DNA from: Hamiltosporidium tvaerminnensis FI-OER-3-3
Lineage: Eukaryota; Fungi; Microsporidia
Direction: 5' to 3'
Assembly (NCBI GenBank): GCA_022605425.2
Contig: CM061249.1
Coordinates: 186,001 to 250,000, forward strand
DNA length: 64,000 bases
Shown here: in pieces, positions 12,601 to 25,900 of the stretch
Layout of the letters: each line of letters starts with the position of its first letter
Position numbering within the stretch: the first letter of the stretch is position 1
Notes under the pieces: generated by a model
Database searches by the model: none
Seen by the model: only the letters and a program-made list of their open reading frames with translations
Told to the model about the DNA's origin: nothing
Translations under genes and position numbers: made by a program

Positions 12601-13438
12601 CATACCTGGGCTGCCTGGACTATCCGTGCCACTGCCGTTATCGTAATCGGAACATAAGAATCAGCATACTCACCGATAATTCGATTAATAAGGTCCAAAA
12701 CTTTACTGTCAACCAATTCATTTGGATGTTTTCTAGTTCGGACCACCACTTTTCCAATTTCCTTCATTGAGATTTCTTTGATTTTACTCAAGAATTTATC
12801 TCTCAGGTTTATGTACTCCGTGGTGTCGGTCAAGGTGCATGTATCAGCGAGACAAGTGGCGATTCTACGTCGCTCTCCATTCTCTTCTGATTTTACTTCC
12901 TTTCCCATCTCACTTTGTGCCAATTTTTTTAACACTTCGAGAGTTTCAGTGCAGCCGAATTTCTCATTATAGTACCTGTGAAGCTCTGTCCAGCCATTTC
13001 TTGGCATTCTTTCAAACCTTGTCTGTACTGCAAAAAAAACAATTCGAGGCCATTCCTTCGGGTCGGCTGTTACGGAATCGAATATCGTCCGCAATGCCAT
13101 TAGCCTGTTACCTTCCGGAATAGCTAGAGTACAGGGGCTTGTCATGTCGTACGATGGCTCGCACGCAGAGACTTCAACCGAAGAGGGAAGTGATGTATTA
13201 GGCGAAGGTAAGGTGTCAAGCCCACTATCTTGCATTTTACTGCATGTTTGGCTTGGTGGTGGAGGTGTTATTGTTGTGTAGGAGGAGGAAGGTAGGGAGA
13301 TCGCCGGTGGGTGTAGCTTAAATTTTTGTACTTCTCTATCACTCTTCTTCACCTCATCAGCGTCGTTTGCAGCCTTTATTTTGGTATTTTTCGATATTTC
13401 GCTGCTAACATTTTTCTTTCTACCCATTTATAAAAAAA
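9624..13438 (-). mobile_element. Full-length R4/Dong-like RLE non-LTR retrotransposon, young copy A (frameshift and stop near 11580-11610)
   Basis: RT motifs (GIDG, DYRPIT, QGDSLSP, LFIDD, YKYLG), RLYLPR..GRGL, CCHC knuckle CQHC..H..C, RHN, PD..E..K endonuclease; 16-bp TSD tagaaagttgttttat at 9608-9623 and 13439-13454. Confidence 0.95.
9667..13427 (-). pseudogene. R4-like single ORF (~1250 aa reconstructed), split into 611-aa and 625-aa pieces
   Basis: Compared with copy B: 1-nt deletion (atcctgaaa to atcagaaa) and TGG to TAA. Confidence 0.9.
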
Positions 13439-13816
13439 TAGAAAGTTGTTTTATATTTTTATTTTTTGCTATTACATTTATAAATCCTCTGTTAAATTAT
13501 TCCGATATTCTCATTTTGAACCCCAATTTTTATATTCATTTAAATAGTTGCCTGTACCGCTTTCTTTTTACTGTAAAAATTTTGATGATTATTGTCGTTT
13601 AGCCCCCTTATTTATATTTTCCTCAAATTCTTTCCTTTTGATATCAAAAATATTCATTTCAGGCTAAAAATTGTTTTCAACTACTTTTCTTTTGATTAAC
13701 AATGGGATTTTAGATTAAAAATTATCTTCAAATCTTTTAAATATTTTCTTCTGCCACTTTTAACAATAAAAATTTTAGATTTTATTTAAATTTTTTTAGA
13801 AAGCGACTTCCCCCTT

Positions 13817-14566
13817 ATGCATTCTTTAGAAAACCGTATAAATTCTTATAAAGCGTGGATGCAATCAGAAGAATGTACACCCAATACTCTTTCCATGTCA
13901 GGTCTATATGCAGAAAAAGGTCATTTGACAACAAAATGTTACTTTTGTTCATTAACACTTAAAGAATGGTCATCAAGTGATATTCCAACAAAAGTACACT
14001 TCAATTTTAGTCCGAAGTGTTGTATTTTTAATTTAAGTAAAATACAAAGCAGAAAAAAAACTTTTATTAAAGAAATTTGGCCACATTCGTTAGATTTGGC
14101 AGAGAAATTATCTTCACAAAATTTTTTTTTATTTATTATTAAAAATGAAATACCAGATGAAATATTTTGTTATAAGTGTGGATATAATACGTGTGAATTG
14201 AAAAACACAGAGAATCTTGTACATGCACTTGAACATAAAAAAGTTTGTCCGGTAAAAAGTAAACAGCAACTTTTTACATTAAAACCTAATTCACCACTTT
14301 TTTATGTAAATTTATTTCAAGGAAAATATATTTCAGCTTTTATTTCTTTTATTGAAAGTGAAATATTTATACCAAATGAACATAAAGAAAAATACAAAAG
14401 ATTACTTCAGTATGGTCAGTGTTATAATATATTTGATAATGTAGATACTTGTTTAGAATCTGCTTTACATTGTTTAGTACAAAGTTATGAAGAAAGACTT
14501 GATAAACTTATTGAGGAACAGATAAAATCTTTACAAAATTTTATAGGTGTTTCACGTAAGAAATAG
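13817..14566 (+). CDS. BIR-domain (IAP/survivin/Bir1-like) protein with two BIR repeats
   Basis: R..SY..W...GLY...CYFC...W...D.P...H....PKC; second repeat RKKTF...WPH...CYKC...H....CP; CCCCC upstream of ATG. Confidence 0.9.
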   Translation: MHSLENRINSYKAWMQSEECTPNTLSMSGLYAEKGHLTTKCYFCSLTLKEWSSSDIPTKVHFNFSPKCCIFNLSKIQSRKKTFIKEIWPHSLDLAEKLSSQNFFLFIIKNEIPDEIFCYKCGYNTCELKNTENLVHALEHKKVCPVKSKQQLFTLKPNSPLFYVNLFQGKYISAFISFIESEIFIPNEHKEKYKRLLQYGQCYNIFDNVDTCLESALHCLVQSYEERLDKLIEEQIKSLQNFIGVSRKK

Positions 14567-15820
14567 AAAAAATTACAAAAAATGTTTAATAAAAAGATAT
14601 TTTAAATGTATTTTGTAAGTTGCAGTTATATATTAAATTAAATTTGTTTTTTTAGGTATTTTGAAATGGACCGAGGATAATCACATTAAAAACCATCTAT
14701 TTGGAAACTACTAGTTCAAATTTTTGGTAAAATTATTATTTGGTTTATGTATCGGAATAAAAAAATCTTATTTTAATTCTCCTTTACCTCTCAATGTCGA
14801 GGATGAAAAAATGAAAGTTTTTTATTTGTTTCTTTTAATATATTGAAACTCTAAATTATAGGAGACTAGACGTTATGCTCGTAGAAACGAACTTTCTTTT
14901 ACATTCCAAGAAAAATAACCCGTGAATAATAAAAAACTTCACTATCTGAGCTAAAGTCTCTTAACTCTTTAAATAAAAATTTCATATTTGCATCTAATCT
15001 GTTCCTCGTATATTTTTTAGTCTTTCATTTCTGAATTATTTGCCGCTCTTAAGCGATTTCTCAATAAAATTTAGGATATTTTATAATTAGCATATTATGC
15101 TTCTTCTATTTCATTCATTTGCAATTTTTCAGAGCTTTAGCTCGGTATTTTATGTTTAACCTGTTCAATTTCCACCTATTTTCATTCAATTTTGTCTTTT
15201 TTTTGGGGAAATTTATTTAGACATTGAATTTTCTTTGTCTAAAAACTCTATTCCTTTTACTATATGCTGTATTATTTAATTTATTTATTCTATCAATTCT
15301 TAGTCATTTTTATTAAAAATCTGTTGATTTAATCAAATATAAAGATTTATGAAGCTATTCAAGCAATATTTGTGTTATGCAATTATTATTGAGAATATAA
15401 ATAAATTGCACGGAAGAACGGCAAAAAAACATCATTTGTATCATAAAATTTTTTATGTAACTGTAAATTCATAGAAAATAAATCTTAAAAAAGGGATTAA
15501 AATTTTTTTAAACGGAATACTTTAGAAAAAGTAAAAAAAACAAATTTTTATGTTATTCTTGGTAAATAATGTAATTTAGAAGCAAATTTATGAATTTTAT
15601 TTTAAATATTTTTTGTACCAATAAAATCTTTTAATTGTTTTATTTTCACTTCTACTCACTATTATTGGTTGTGTAAGATTTATTAACAAATAGAAAGATA
15701 CATACTTTAATTGGAGCATTCTTATTAGTGTCTTGAATTTTTTTTGCCAATTAAACACTTCGAGGTGAGTCGTTGTCGGGACATTTCTGAATTAGATAAT
15801 GTGATTAGCCTATAAATTGC

Positions 15821-16510
15821 TGTGGTATATTTCAATAAAATAAAAAAAAATTAAACCGATTCTAAGCATTCATTGCCAACCAGCTTGGTTTAAATTGTTA
15901 CCTTCCTTCCTCTGGGAATGAAAAGCACACGAAATTTTCAGTTGCAGCGTTAATGTTCACATATTCAGAAGAACGCCTAGAAAAAACCAAATTTTTTTTT
16001 CAAACTTTGTTTGTAGTTTCTTATGTACAGAGATTAGAAATGAGATTCAATTGCAGGCAATCCCTATGTAAAAGCATTAAAATTTGTGTTGCTAACTCGG
16101 GTTAGACTATTTTACCCCTGGATATTAAAAAAAAATTCATTTGAAAAACCATGAAGGCTAATTAGCAGATATATTAATTGTATGTTATTAGAATTTCTAT
16201 ACAGATTTCATATAAGTCTCTGAATTATCTCCGTTGATTGTTACTTTTTTATTGGAAGGTTAGAGTAAGTAGGAATACTGATTACATTGTGGATAACATA
16301 GACGCGTTCTGACTAACGATAATATGATACCAACAAAAATAAAGAACTTTTACGAACCCCTTGGCTAATTATCTGTTTTAAACCATTTTTTATTTGGAAA
16401 TCTTTAAATATAGGTAATCTAGGGAATAGCAAGTTTGTTTTAGGTTGTGCGGTAATCTAAGGAAGCCTAGAACAAAGTTAATGTTATGAAAACTATATAA
16501 AAAGTGTCAT
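15821..16510 (+). mobile_element. ~725-nt retroposon family, degenerate copy 2 with inverted 5' segment (15821-15912)
   Basis: gctaactcgggttaga, tagagtaagt.ggaat.ctg and cctagaac...gttaatgt.atgaaaac match 58094-58813; 15821-15912 matches the family's 5' end in reverse orientation. Confidence 0.7.
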
Positions 16511-18189
16511 TTATATAAAAACGTACGCCTTTGGTTGCCACGCTTTACTTTATTTTTGAAAATTTTTAACTATTTTCAAACTCTTATTTTCTTTTAATAT
16601 TTTAGATATTTTTTTAGGGCATTTAATTGAATTTCTATGTTTTTTCATTTAAAATATCATCTTTGATCTTTTTTGTAATTTCAGTTAAATTATTAGATAT
16701 ATTAAAAAATATTCTGATTAGAGTAAGCTAAACATATATTAAGAAATCGACAAATCAAAATGCAGAGTTCAGAAGAATACAGAAGATTGCAAATTTCTAG
16801 ATATTATTTATTTGAAAAATTTATATCTAATGGCAATTGTTTGGTTTGCGTGCACCTGTCTACAACATTTTCGTGTCGATCGATTCGGTTCATACAAAAT
16901 ATTAAACGTTAATTTGCCTATTCTTGGTTTTGCAAAAAGAAGAAGTTTCAGGCTACGAGAATAGAAATACAAGATCCACAAGAATTCCATAAATTTATAA
17001 AATTAATAATGCAGCAAAAAGACACCATGTTGAAATAATTTATGCTAACTTCGGCTTCAATTCTTATGATTTTCAAAACTTCTCGTGGCTATTGATAGAA
17101 CCTAACATTTTTAATTAAACATATGCGAAAAACATAAAAATATTTGCTTTGTAAATGAGAAGACTTGGCGTATCTTATCAAGAGAGACGTAGCTCCTCCG
17201 ATGCGTTAAGTAAATTATTTTCGGGACAACAAAAGTAAGCTTTAAACTGGGAATTGGCTCCATAATTTTAATATATAGAGTTTTATTCATTATGAGCAAC
17301 GAATTTATAATAAAAAAAAGAGCAAAAATTTCTTAACATGTATTTTTAATACTGAAATTATATTTAATGGAATATAGTAATAGAAAGATTCAATCGGTAA
17401 AATGTAAAAGAACTTTAACTAATATAAATTACTTATAATAGTTTTTTTAATAAAACAAAAATCAGGCTTTGTAATTTATAATCTCCAAATATTTTAAAAC
17501 AAATAGATATAAATTTGCGGAGTTGCACAAATTTTTTTTTTATTTATACTGCGATTTATAATCATTATTCGGATTAAAAGTTATTTTATAGTGATATGAC
17601 TATCATTAAAATGTTTTTGCGTGATTAAAATATTTAAACCACAATTTTAATTTATATTCCTATTTTTAAAAATAAATATTTTTATTCTTAATCAGGTGGG
17701 AAAAAAAGGCGAACGTGATTCTAATGTAAAATCATGTAAGTTTTTTTTAACATTTTCTTTTAAAGTACGTTTTTATCTGAAGTAATGTTACATAGTTGTT
17801 ATTTTTATCCTCATTTGGTATCTATTGCTAAATTTTTGTAAAAAAAACAATAAATATTTGCAATAGATCTAAAAAAAAAATGTAAGAGTAGTTTTTGCAA
17901 ATATATTCATCGTATTATACTGCTTTTTTGTATTTTACCTAAGAATAATTAATTTTAAATTAAAGTGTAATACCAAAACACATAAATCTTTTCTTCCTTT
18001 ATAACGTTCGATTAATATAATTCGTCCTCATTGTTATTATGATTATGTCGCATATTCAATTATATTTTAAAATATATAGTCCTGCGATAGACCGGATTTC
18101 TGTTTCTAAATCTTAATTCTTCTGAATAAAAATTATTTACGGTCTTAACAACAAATTAGTGCAAACCTCAGTAAAGTAATTCTTAAAAA

Positions 18190-18680
18190 TGAGTCAGTGG
18201 AAAAAAAAGCGCAGAGCCAAGATTAAAACTGATATTTAATTTTAAAAATAGACCGGATGCGTTTATACTAAAAAAGAGGTTAAACTAAACACTTTCGGAG
18301 GTCAGAATTATTTCACACGATTCTTTTCTAATTGATAATTATGAAAAGCTGTGACAATGCTATTTTCTAGACAATTATTGAAGTAACAATTTAAATGAGG
18401 CTTTAAGATGGTGCCATATGTGATTGTTTATGATGGTATATTAACCTAAATATTCTAAAATAATTCCAAAAAACTTCCCTAACAGTAAGAATAGAGGCAT
18501 AGATTCGATCTGTAGTACTTAAAAAACAAATTAGGCTATATATTTCGTCCGACGACAAAAATCGAAGTCAAAAACAAACGCCATAAGAGTTAAGAGAAGT
18601 ACTACTGGTTTTAATACAAAACGGAGAGACAAGAACAGCTTATAAGTCTAATACATATAGAATTTGATGAGAGGGAAAAT
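18190..18680 (+). mobile_element. Decayed R4-like 3' (endonuclease) fragment
   Basis: Translates in pieces to NRPDAFIL, VPYVIVYDGILT and IEA*IRSVVLKK. Confidence 0.7.
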
Positions 18681-18994
18681 CCTAAGCAGACAAATACAAA
18701 ACTAACATATGTATGTGTATATTAAATACGAAAATCAAAATATAACTCAAAAATATATAAAGAGTCAAATAAAGGGAAAAAAGCAGTGAAATAAAATGTG
18801 CAAAAATTAATGAAAAACATATCGTTATTAAACATGTCATGAATTTTAACTCTGATTTTAGCACCATATATTTCACTTCTTTATAAATATAAATTAAATT
18901 ATACAAGAGGTTAACATTATTTTTTAAGAAATAAAAAGAATTTATCTTCAAATGCAAAAAATTTAAAAATAGAGATGTAATAAAAAAAATGACT

Positions 18995-20563
18995 TTAAGA
19001 AAGTTCTTCAAATTCGATGTATTTTTTCTTTATTATTCTACCATCGGTTTCTAAATACTCAGTTAAAGCAGAAGTAAAGCAATGTTTAAAACAATGCATT
19101 ACGCTTTTCTTGTTCTCCTCAAGAGACCTCCTTTTTAAAATCCTTAATGAAGCAACTTCCTTGGCTCCCAAACCTTCCAAAGGTTTGTTTCTAAAGCCTT
19201 CAAAAACCGCATCTTTGGGTTTATAAATATATATGAAAATACGTGTTGGAAGGCGCAATTGTTTTTTTAGAATCTCTAAAAAAGACTTTATATCATCACT
19301 AAACGGCTTTAGATGCAGTTTATTTTCAAAAAATCCTTTTATCTGCCTAGATCGCTTATCTGTATCAATGTGAAAGTTCTTGCCAAAGATAATATCTAAA
19401 TACTTGTCCTCTAATTCTGATAGAATTTGATCTATAAAAATATCCAACCAAATCTCAATTTCTAAAAAAATAGTCAAATAAACCTTTTTTGGCTTAACTT
19501 TTCTCGAGTAAGCATTATATGCAAGAATAAAACAATCTTTCATTGATTTCGGAAAAACCTCTCCCGAAATATCCATTTTATGCGGGTATAGAGCATGTAT
19601 ATTGGAATAATTGAAACTCATTGTAAAATTATTTATGTGAAAATCATCAGGAAATTCATCACAAAAATAATTCGAAACAATCTCGGGAGTATGAAGATCA
19701 TAAACATTTTTCATTGACGTCCCAAATATGTTTAAATAGGATGAACTACGCGAAGACACGCAGTAATATGGTGGAACTTTCGATTTGTTTTTTTTGTAAA
19801 CCTTCTTAATATTATTTATAAATGCATTTTTATCAATTTCATTTTTAAGAGTTTCCGTGTTTTTTTCTATATCATAAACTGATAATTCTGAAAAGTTCAA
19901 ACTTAAATTCTTAAAGCATTTAACGATCAATATAAATACTTTCTTAATCAAAATGGCTCTAAATGTTTTATCTATCATATTAGCATCTATTTTTTCATTC
20001 TTTTGTTTCTTGGTAAGAAGTGGGGTTTTTGTTAGTTTTAGCAAATAAAAATCATCTGGATCCAGCAAGAGAGCATCTTTTTGCAACGAAAAGCTTTCCT
20101 TATACATTTTTAATTCTTCTTCATTTAAAATATTTTGTGGTTTTAAATTATCCAAATACTTTCTTATAAATATATCAATAAAAATTGATAACAAGGACTC
20201 GTAAATGGTTTTTTGATTTGTTAAATTTCCGTGGTTTTGACGCCTAACGATTTCTTTTTGTTTTTTGATTGTTTCTGGAAAGCACTCTTCAACTAAAGAT
20301 TTAACTCCTTGCAAATATACATCTACAAGACGTTTAGCATAAGCAAGACCCAGTGAAGCTTCATCGCAGCAATCTCGATATCTGTTCGTTAAAATAATAT
20401 GCAAATCTTTATTAGCATGATCAATGGGTGGTGCAATCCGAAATGCCTCGGCGTCGGCTAAAAATTGCTTTTCCAAATCGAAGTCCGTGGTGTCACTTTG
20501 CTTTGCAGCATCAGAATTTGTACATAAAACATTCCGAAGTATTATTATCACGTAAATTATCAT
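18995..20563 (-). CDS. Hypothetical secreted protein, 522 aa
   Basis: Long ORF; N-terminal MIIYVIIILRNVLC signal-like peptide; CCC directly before the ATG. Confidence 0.85.
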   Translation of the reverse strand: MIIYVIIILRNVLCTNSDAAKQSDTTDFDLEKQFLADAEAFRIAPPIDHANKDLHIILTNRYRDCCDEASLGLAYAKRLVDVYLQGVKSLVEECFPETIKKQKEIVRRQNHGNLTNQKTIYESLLSIFIDIFIRKYLDNLKPQNILNEEELKMYKESFSLQKDALLLDPDDFYLLKLTKTPLLTKKQKNEKIDANMIDKTFRAILIKKVFILIVKCFKNLSLNFSELSVYDIEKNTETLKNEIDKNAFINNIKKVYKKNKSKVPPYYCVSSRSSSYLNIFGTSMKNVYDLHTPEIVSNYFCDEFPDDFHINNFTMSFNYSNIHALYPHKMDISGEVFPKSMKDCFILAYNAYSRKVKPKKVYLTIFLEIEIWLDIFIDQILSELEDKYLDIIFGKNFHIDTDKRSRQIKGFFENKLHLKPFSDDIKSFLEILKKQLRLPTRIFIYIYKPKDAVFEGFRNKPLEGLGAKEVASLRILKRRSLEENKKSVMHCFKHCFTSALTEYLETDGRIIKKKYIEFEELS

Positions 20564-21134
20564 GGGTATTTTTTATAATTTTTCTTATATACGTCTATTA
20601 TTTACTAAAAAGGGAAATAGAATTAATTTATTACAATATTTTTTTTTCTAATTAGCGAAAAAGTAAATTATATTTTTTTTTCTAAATTTGCTTTTCATAA
20701 TTTGCTAAAAATGACAATAAAATCATTTTTTACTGATTTTTTTCTTAATTAGTTAAAAATAGCAAATGATTTATTTTCTAAAATATTTTTTACAATAAAA
20801 GATTTTTAAAACTTTGAAACGTAAATTTTTTTAACAAAATCATTATGTTGTTGACAATGTTTCTGAACAAAGAAATTAAAACAAACTTGAAAATAGAAAT
20901 TTAGAATTCAATTTAGAAAAGAAGATTTAGTGCACGAAAATCAATACATATGCATAGATATATTCATTTAATCCCGTATTTTATTCTGTTCCTCTCTGTC
21001 CAGAAAAAAATCTATAATAAAACACCATCATCTCAAACTTAAATATCTATTTCATATTTATACTTACAAAGTTAAACTGTTACAATTAGATTCTTATATT
21101 CTATATGCTTGTTTTTAAAAGAATTTCCTATTCA

Positions 21135-21920
21135 AAATGTACGTTATTTTTTGTTTGTTATTTTATTCTTTCCCCCTCTTCTTCTTTATTAATTATGTTG
21201 TTAAATTCCATAAAATGGGGAAATATATGAACAGAATCAGTAAAAAAAATTATTCTTGAATGCTTTTATTTACGTTGATTTTAGTCGCCTAGATCTAATT
21301 TTATTTAATTTTTAAAATCTCTAAAATTTTCATATTTTTATATTTTAGATTAAAATAAAAAAGAGTGCGAATTTAAAGGAAAATAAATAAAAACCAAAGA
21401 GAATACAAATATATGAAAAAATGGAATAAAAGAAAACTACATTAAAAAATAAAGTTTTTCTTATTTGGCAGTAATTTCGCTGAGTTTTTTGAACGCTTTA
21501 TTTTTTAGCTTTTAGATATATTTTTAATTTTTTTTTAATTTTTTTCATAGCCTTTTTTTATTCTTTTTAAATACGTTTCAATTTATTTTTTTAATCTTTT
21601 TAAATACGTTTCAATTTATTTTGGTATTTTTTTCTAATTGTTTTTATTTTTTTAGAAATTTTTTTCTAATTTTTTTAATTTTTCTAAATTCTTTTTAATT
21701 AATTTAGAAATTTTTGGGTTTAAAATGGGCTTTAATATATTAAAATTCTTTAATTTATCAGAAAGTAATTATTTCCCGCGAAACAGTTGTTTTCCGCAAA
21801 AAAAAGCATAAATACGACTTTTTTTTTAGACCTCTCCGATTTAGAAAATGTGATGATCTGCTAGATTTCAATTTAAGTCAACGTAAAATTCAGCAGCGAG
21901 GAAACATAATGAGGGATAGA
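21135..21920. repeat. Dispersed AT-rich non-coding repeat, copy 1 (paralogue at 35700-36330)
   Basis: Collinear blocks ttgttattttattct, ttagattaaaata, aaattctttaatttatc, gtaaaattcagcag. Confidence 0.7.
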
Positions 21921-22144
21921 TATGCATTTTAAAATCCTACATTTAATGCGTATTTAAATGCATTTCCATATTGCACCAACTTTTATTTTGCTTAACCATT
22001 CGTTATGGTAAGGTAACGAAGAAATTTTCAGTAGGCTAATCAAGATTAGAGCTTCAAAAAAAATGTATTTATCCGCTTTTTTGGGGGAAAGAGGATTTTA
22101 GGAAATTTGCCGAGTATTTACTTAGCAACGATAGAAATAATGTA

Positions 22145-22870
22145 CTTTATTTAAAAGTATCACATCTTTTTTCACAGTGTTAAGTGTTATATTTGTTTTC
22201 ATGACATTAACGCAGTTCTAGGTTTTAAAATAAATAACTGCTATAGAAACTTTATCAGTACCCCTTTCGATACTATGTCCCAAAGCCTTTCATCTACCAG
22301 GTATGTAGAACTTAATTAATAGGCGAGGCAGTTGCCCGGAGTTCGTTAATGCCCGTTGCATGGAGTGTGATCGAAGGCCGAAGCCCCCCCTGGGCTCCCC
22401 CAAGACTATGCAGCATTCCCACTTACTCTACACTTTCTGAACCCAATAAACTTCTAGCTAAGATATATTTCAGAGACTTACATGAGGTCCACCTAGACAG
22501 CACAATGTCATACCAACAGGTATAACCTGCTACTTGGCTCTCCTGGCTTTAAATGGTTTTTATTTTTATATCTCCCAGGCGCTAAGTCTTCTAATCGAGT
22601 GATCAAGGCTAGGTTTTCATGCTTTTACATGGAAATTACCTACATGTTCAGCTGCGGTCTGCAATCTGGTTACATAAAAAACTACAAATAAATTTGTAGG
22701 AAAAGTTTCTCCGTTTCTTAGACCTCTTCTCTTCATAACAACTCCCATGGAACAACCGAAGATGTTAAGTGGTTGTATTCCCACCAAAAAACCAAACAAT
22801 GATCTTCACACCAGATTCACACACTCATTGCCAAGCAGAAAGTTTTTTATGTGGTTATCCTCCCTCTACC
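22145..22870 (-). mobile_element. ~725-nt non-coding retroposon family, copy 3 (full length)
   Basis: 12-bp TSD agaaataatgta (22133-22144) / agaactaatgta (22871-22882); same two ends as, and high similarity to, 58094-58813. Confidence 0.88.
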
Positions 22871-22922
22871 AGAACTAATGTATAAAAATAAAAAAATATA
22901 AAAATTTCAAAACCAAGGAAAA

Positions 22923-25900
22923 AATAGGTAGAAAGAAAAAACTTGACACCGAAAATATAAAAAATGAAAATATAATGTCAATAAAAAAACTTCACAAAAT
23001 GGGTTAAAGAGATTAATTGTGTGATATAGATATAGAAAAGATATCCGACAGACTTCTACATCAATTGACTATCTATAACACCAATCACAGCGACTAAGCA
23101 ATAGTTGCGTGAGTAGTTTAGTCTGCTCGTTTGAAACAATACCTTAGTCCTCCTGTATCAATGCCACTGTATGTAAACCAGCTAACTTGATGACAAATTC
23201 GGCATTGCTGCCATTTCAAGAGTCAGCCATTCAATGTACTACATTCAATAATAGATATTGCGATAGCCATAGAGCAGGAATGGTTTCTATCTGCTCTTCT
23301 AGTAGCAACGAAGAGATTTGAAAGAATGCCCTAGAAATGACCGTCTGTATTTCTGAAGTACTATAATGAGAAATTTGCCTGCACATTAGATATCAATGTG
23401 TTTAAAAAATTAACATAAAATGAGGCAGAAAGGGGAATAGCGTAAGATAGGAATGAAGAGTGATGTAGAATCGCCATTTGACTTACCAAGTCATGTTCTC
23501 TAACCGATAATGATCTCTATATTATCTAAATGAGAAGTAATTGCGTAAATCAAAGAACTCTCAGAAGAAGATATCGGAGATGTAGTGATCAGAACTCTAA
23601 TACTTCCAAAGAATTAATTGACAGAAAAATTTCTAATCTCGTGTATCAAATTTTCTGCGAATAAGCTCAATTACATGTTCTAATGACGATAACTGATGTT
23701 GCACAGGTTATCCAGGTGGCGCAGGCATGTTTTGGCGAGGAACACGGAAGAGATGGCTATATCAAATTGGAAAAAGAATAAGTTGAACCTCTAAGCATTA
23801 AAATCTCTAAAATATGTCCCCGAGAAAACGTATAGACAATAAAAACACCCTTTTTCTCGAATATAAAGTCTCGGGAAAATAATGCGAGAATTTATTCTAA
23901 ATAACGAATCAAATGATCCTTCTGAAGTTTTAGTTATTAAGAATGAGTCTTTGAATATCCATGAGAAAACCCCTACAATGTACGAAAGTAGGAAGAAATT
24001 TAAAAAAAATAAACGTATGTTTGTACTGTTCTAAGACAGATATTATCGAGGTCTATCTGAGCATGTGGTCAATCGTACGGGATTATAAGTTTTTGGTCTA
24101 CACTGTCGAACAAAAATTATCTCACAGTCACTTCATAAGAGTATTTTATACCTTTTGTTTCAGGTACTGATCGGTCCAGGTATCTTTTACTTAAAGAATT
24201 CCTACCTATCCGTAATGACTTACGAACCTAAAATGTTCTAGGATGAATTGTGTTTATGATTTTTAATCAAGAAACTTACACACCTCTTCAAAACATTTTT
24301 GTGAAATTTTGAAAGTTATATGTTTAGAAGGAACGCCTCATCGATTGCTTTTAGCCAAGGCATAGTTATCTTATACTAAAAGAAAGCCACCGAGAGGTTT
24401 CGACTATGACTAAAAACCTGTATGCAAAATTGTATAAGCTGATGAAGAAAGAAGAAAAAAATGTGTTTCAGCTTGAAATGGAAATAAGAGGTTCGCTATC
24501 AGATAATCAATTGAGACGTAAACTGGGTACAAAAAGCCAAAGAGCGGCGCTTTTTAATTCTGCTATCTATAAAGTGTAGAGAACAATTCAATACAACTTT
24601 GGTTCAGTTAAAAACAGCTTATAAATCAATAGATGATGATATTTTGAGTCACTTGCATGAGAAACCTATTTTAACAGATTTTAGCAGTAAAAATATCCGA
24701 GTAAGTATATCAAGAACAAAAAATGATAGTTCAGTTAGAGCTGAAATTTCTTAGCAAGAAAACCGAGAAAGGATACTATTAACAATAGTTTTTATCCATT
24801 ATAGTTTGTTTTCGGATATATACTTTAAGCCGAAAGCTTATAGAGAAATGCACGAAAAAGACAATGCATAATGATCCTGATGCTCATGCTAACAATAATC
24901 TCTTTTTTATTGATGATCTTAAGCTCCAGTCTATTGAGAGCTCTACATTGAGTACTATGAAAGGTGAGGAAAAATAATTTTTAAAGGTAATTGAGCTAGA
25001 AGTTAAGCACCTGAAGTCGGCCACAAAAGATGCGCTCTTTAAGATACTGCTCTCTTCTAGAAGGTGTTGTGTTTACGAATTTTTAGGAATACTAGAAGAT
25101 ATCAGTAGCAATTTAACACTTAATTCATTGTATGAATTACAAATCAAACTTAGATCAAGAGCTAAAAGACTTTGTACCATTAGAAACAACGCAAAAAAAA
25201 TCATTTGATGTAACTAATCAACATGTAATTTCATTAAGCTACTATCATAGGGGAATATTTCTACTTGAACTCGTTGACTATTTAAGTTGGATGAAGCAAA
25301 GCTGCAGTGTAGATAAATAATAAGTTACATTATCGCACAGGATATAAAGAGTGGGTGTATCTTTCTCGAACAGAACTTAAAAAGACTCACACAGTTTTAA
25401 GTAGTTAAGCGAATATATGCTTTGCAATTTGTGGATTATCTAGAAAAAAATGTCACGAAAATCGGCTAGACGAGCAGGAATACATAAAGTGGAAACTTCT
25501 AATAAATTCACCTTAACCTAATAAAATTCTTCTTAAATGTAAAATAGGTTGAGAGAAGAGGTCAATAAGAAGTTTTTGGAAGAAGCTCAACTTGCAAAAT
25601 TATATAACAGAATAGAAAAACGAAAACCTCCTCCAATGTTATAAAATGCAAGAAAAAATAAACATGTAAGAATTATCGACTCATCAAGAGGGCCAAAGAA
25701 GGAAAACATGCGGTCATGTGATGAAGAAGTGTTATGATATATCCAAGATATAAATGTGGTTGTAGAGCTGAGATATGCGCCTGCATTGTAACAAATCTGT
25801 TAAACATTAGATCATTTAGAGACACAATGTAAAATGCAAGGTCAGGACTACACCAGACGGCATAATAAGTAGTAGATGCCTACACCTTTATCTCTTAAAT

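Noticed and set aside
9671-13123. Antisense ORFs inside R4 copies (also 30802-34254) and opposite real genes
   Set aside because: Shadow frames; they recur only because the element is duplicated.
22145-22925. 725-nt element as the 5' UTR or LTR of the R4-like element
   Set aside because: It has its own TSD, is absent from both young TSD-bounded R4 copies and is better conserved than the adjacent relics.
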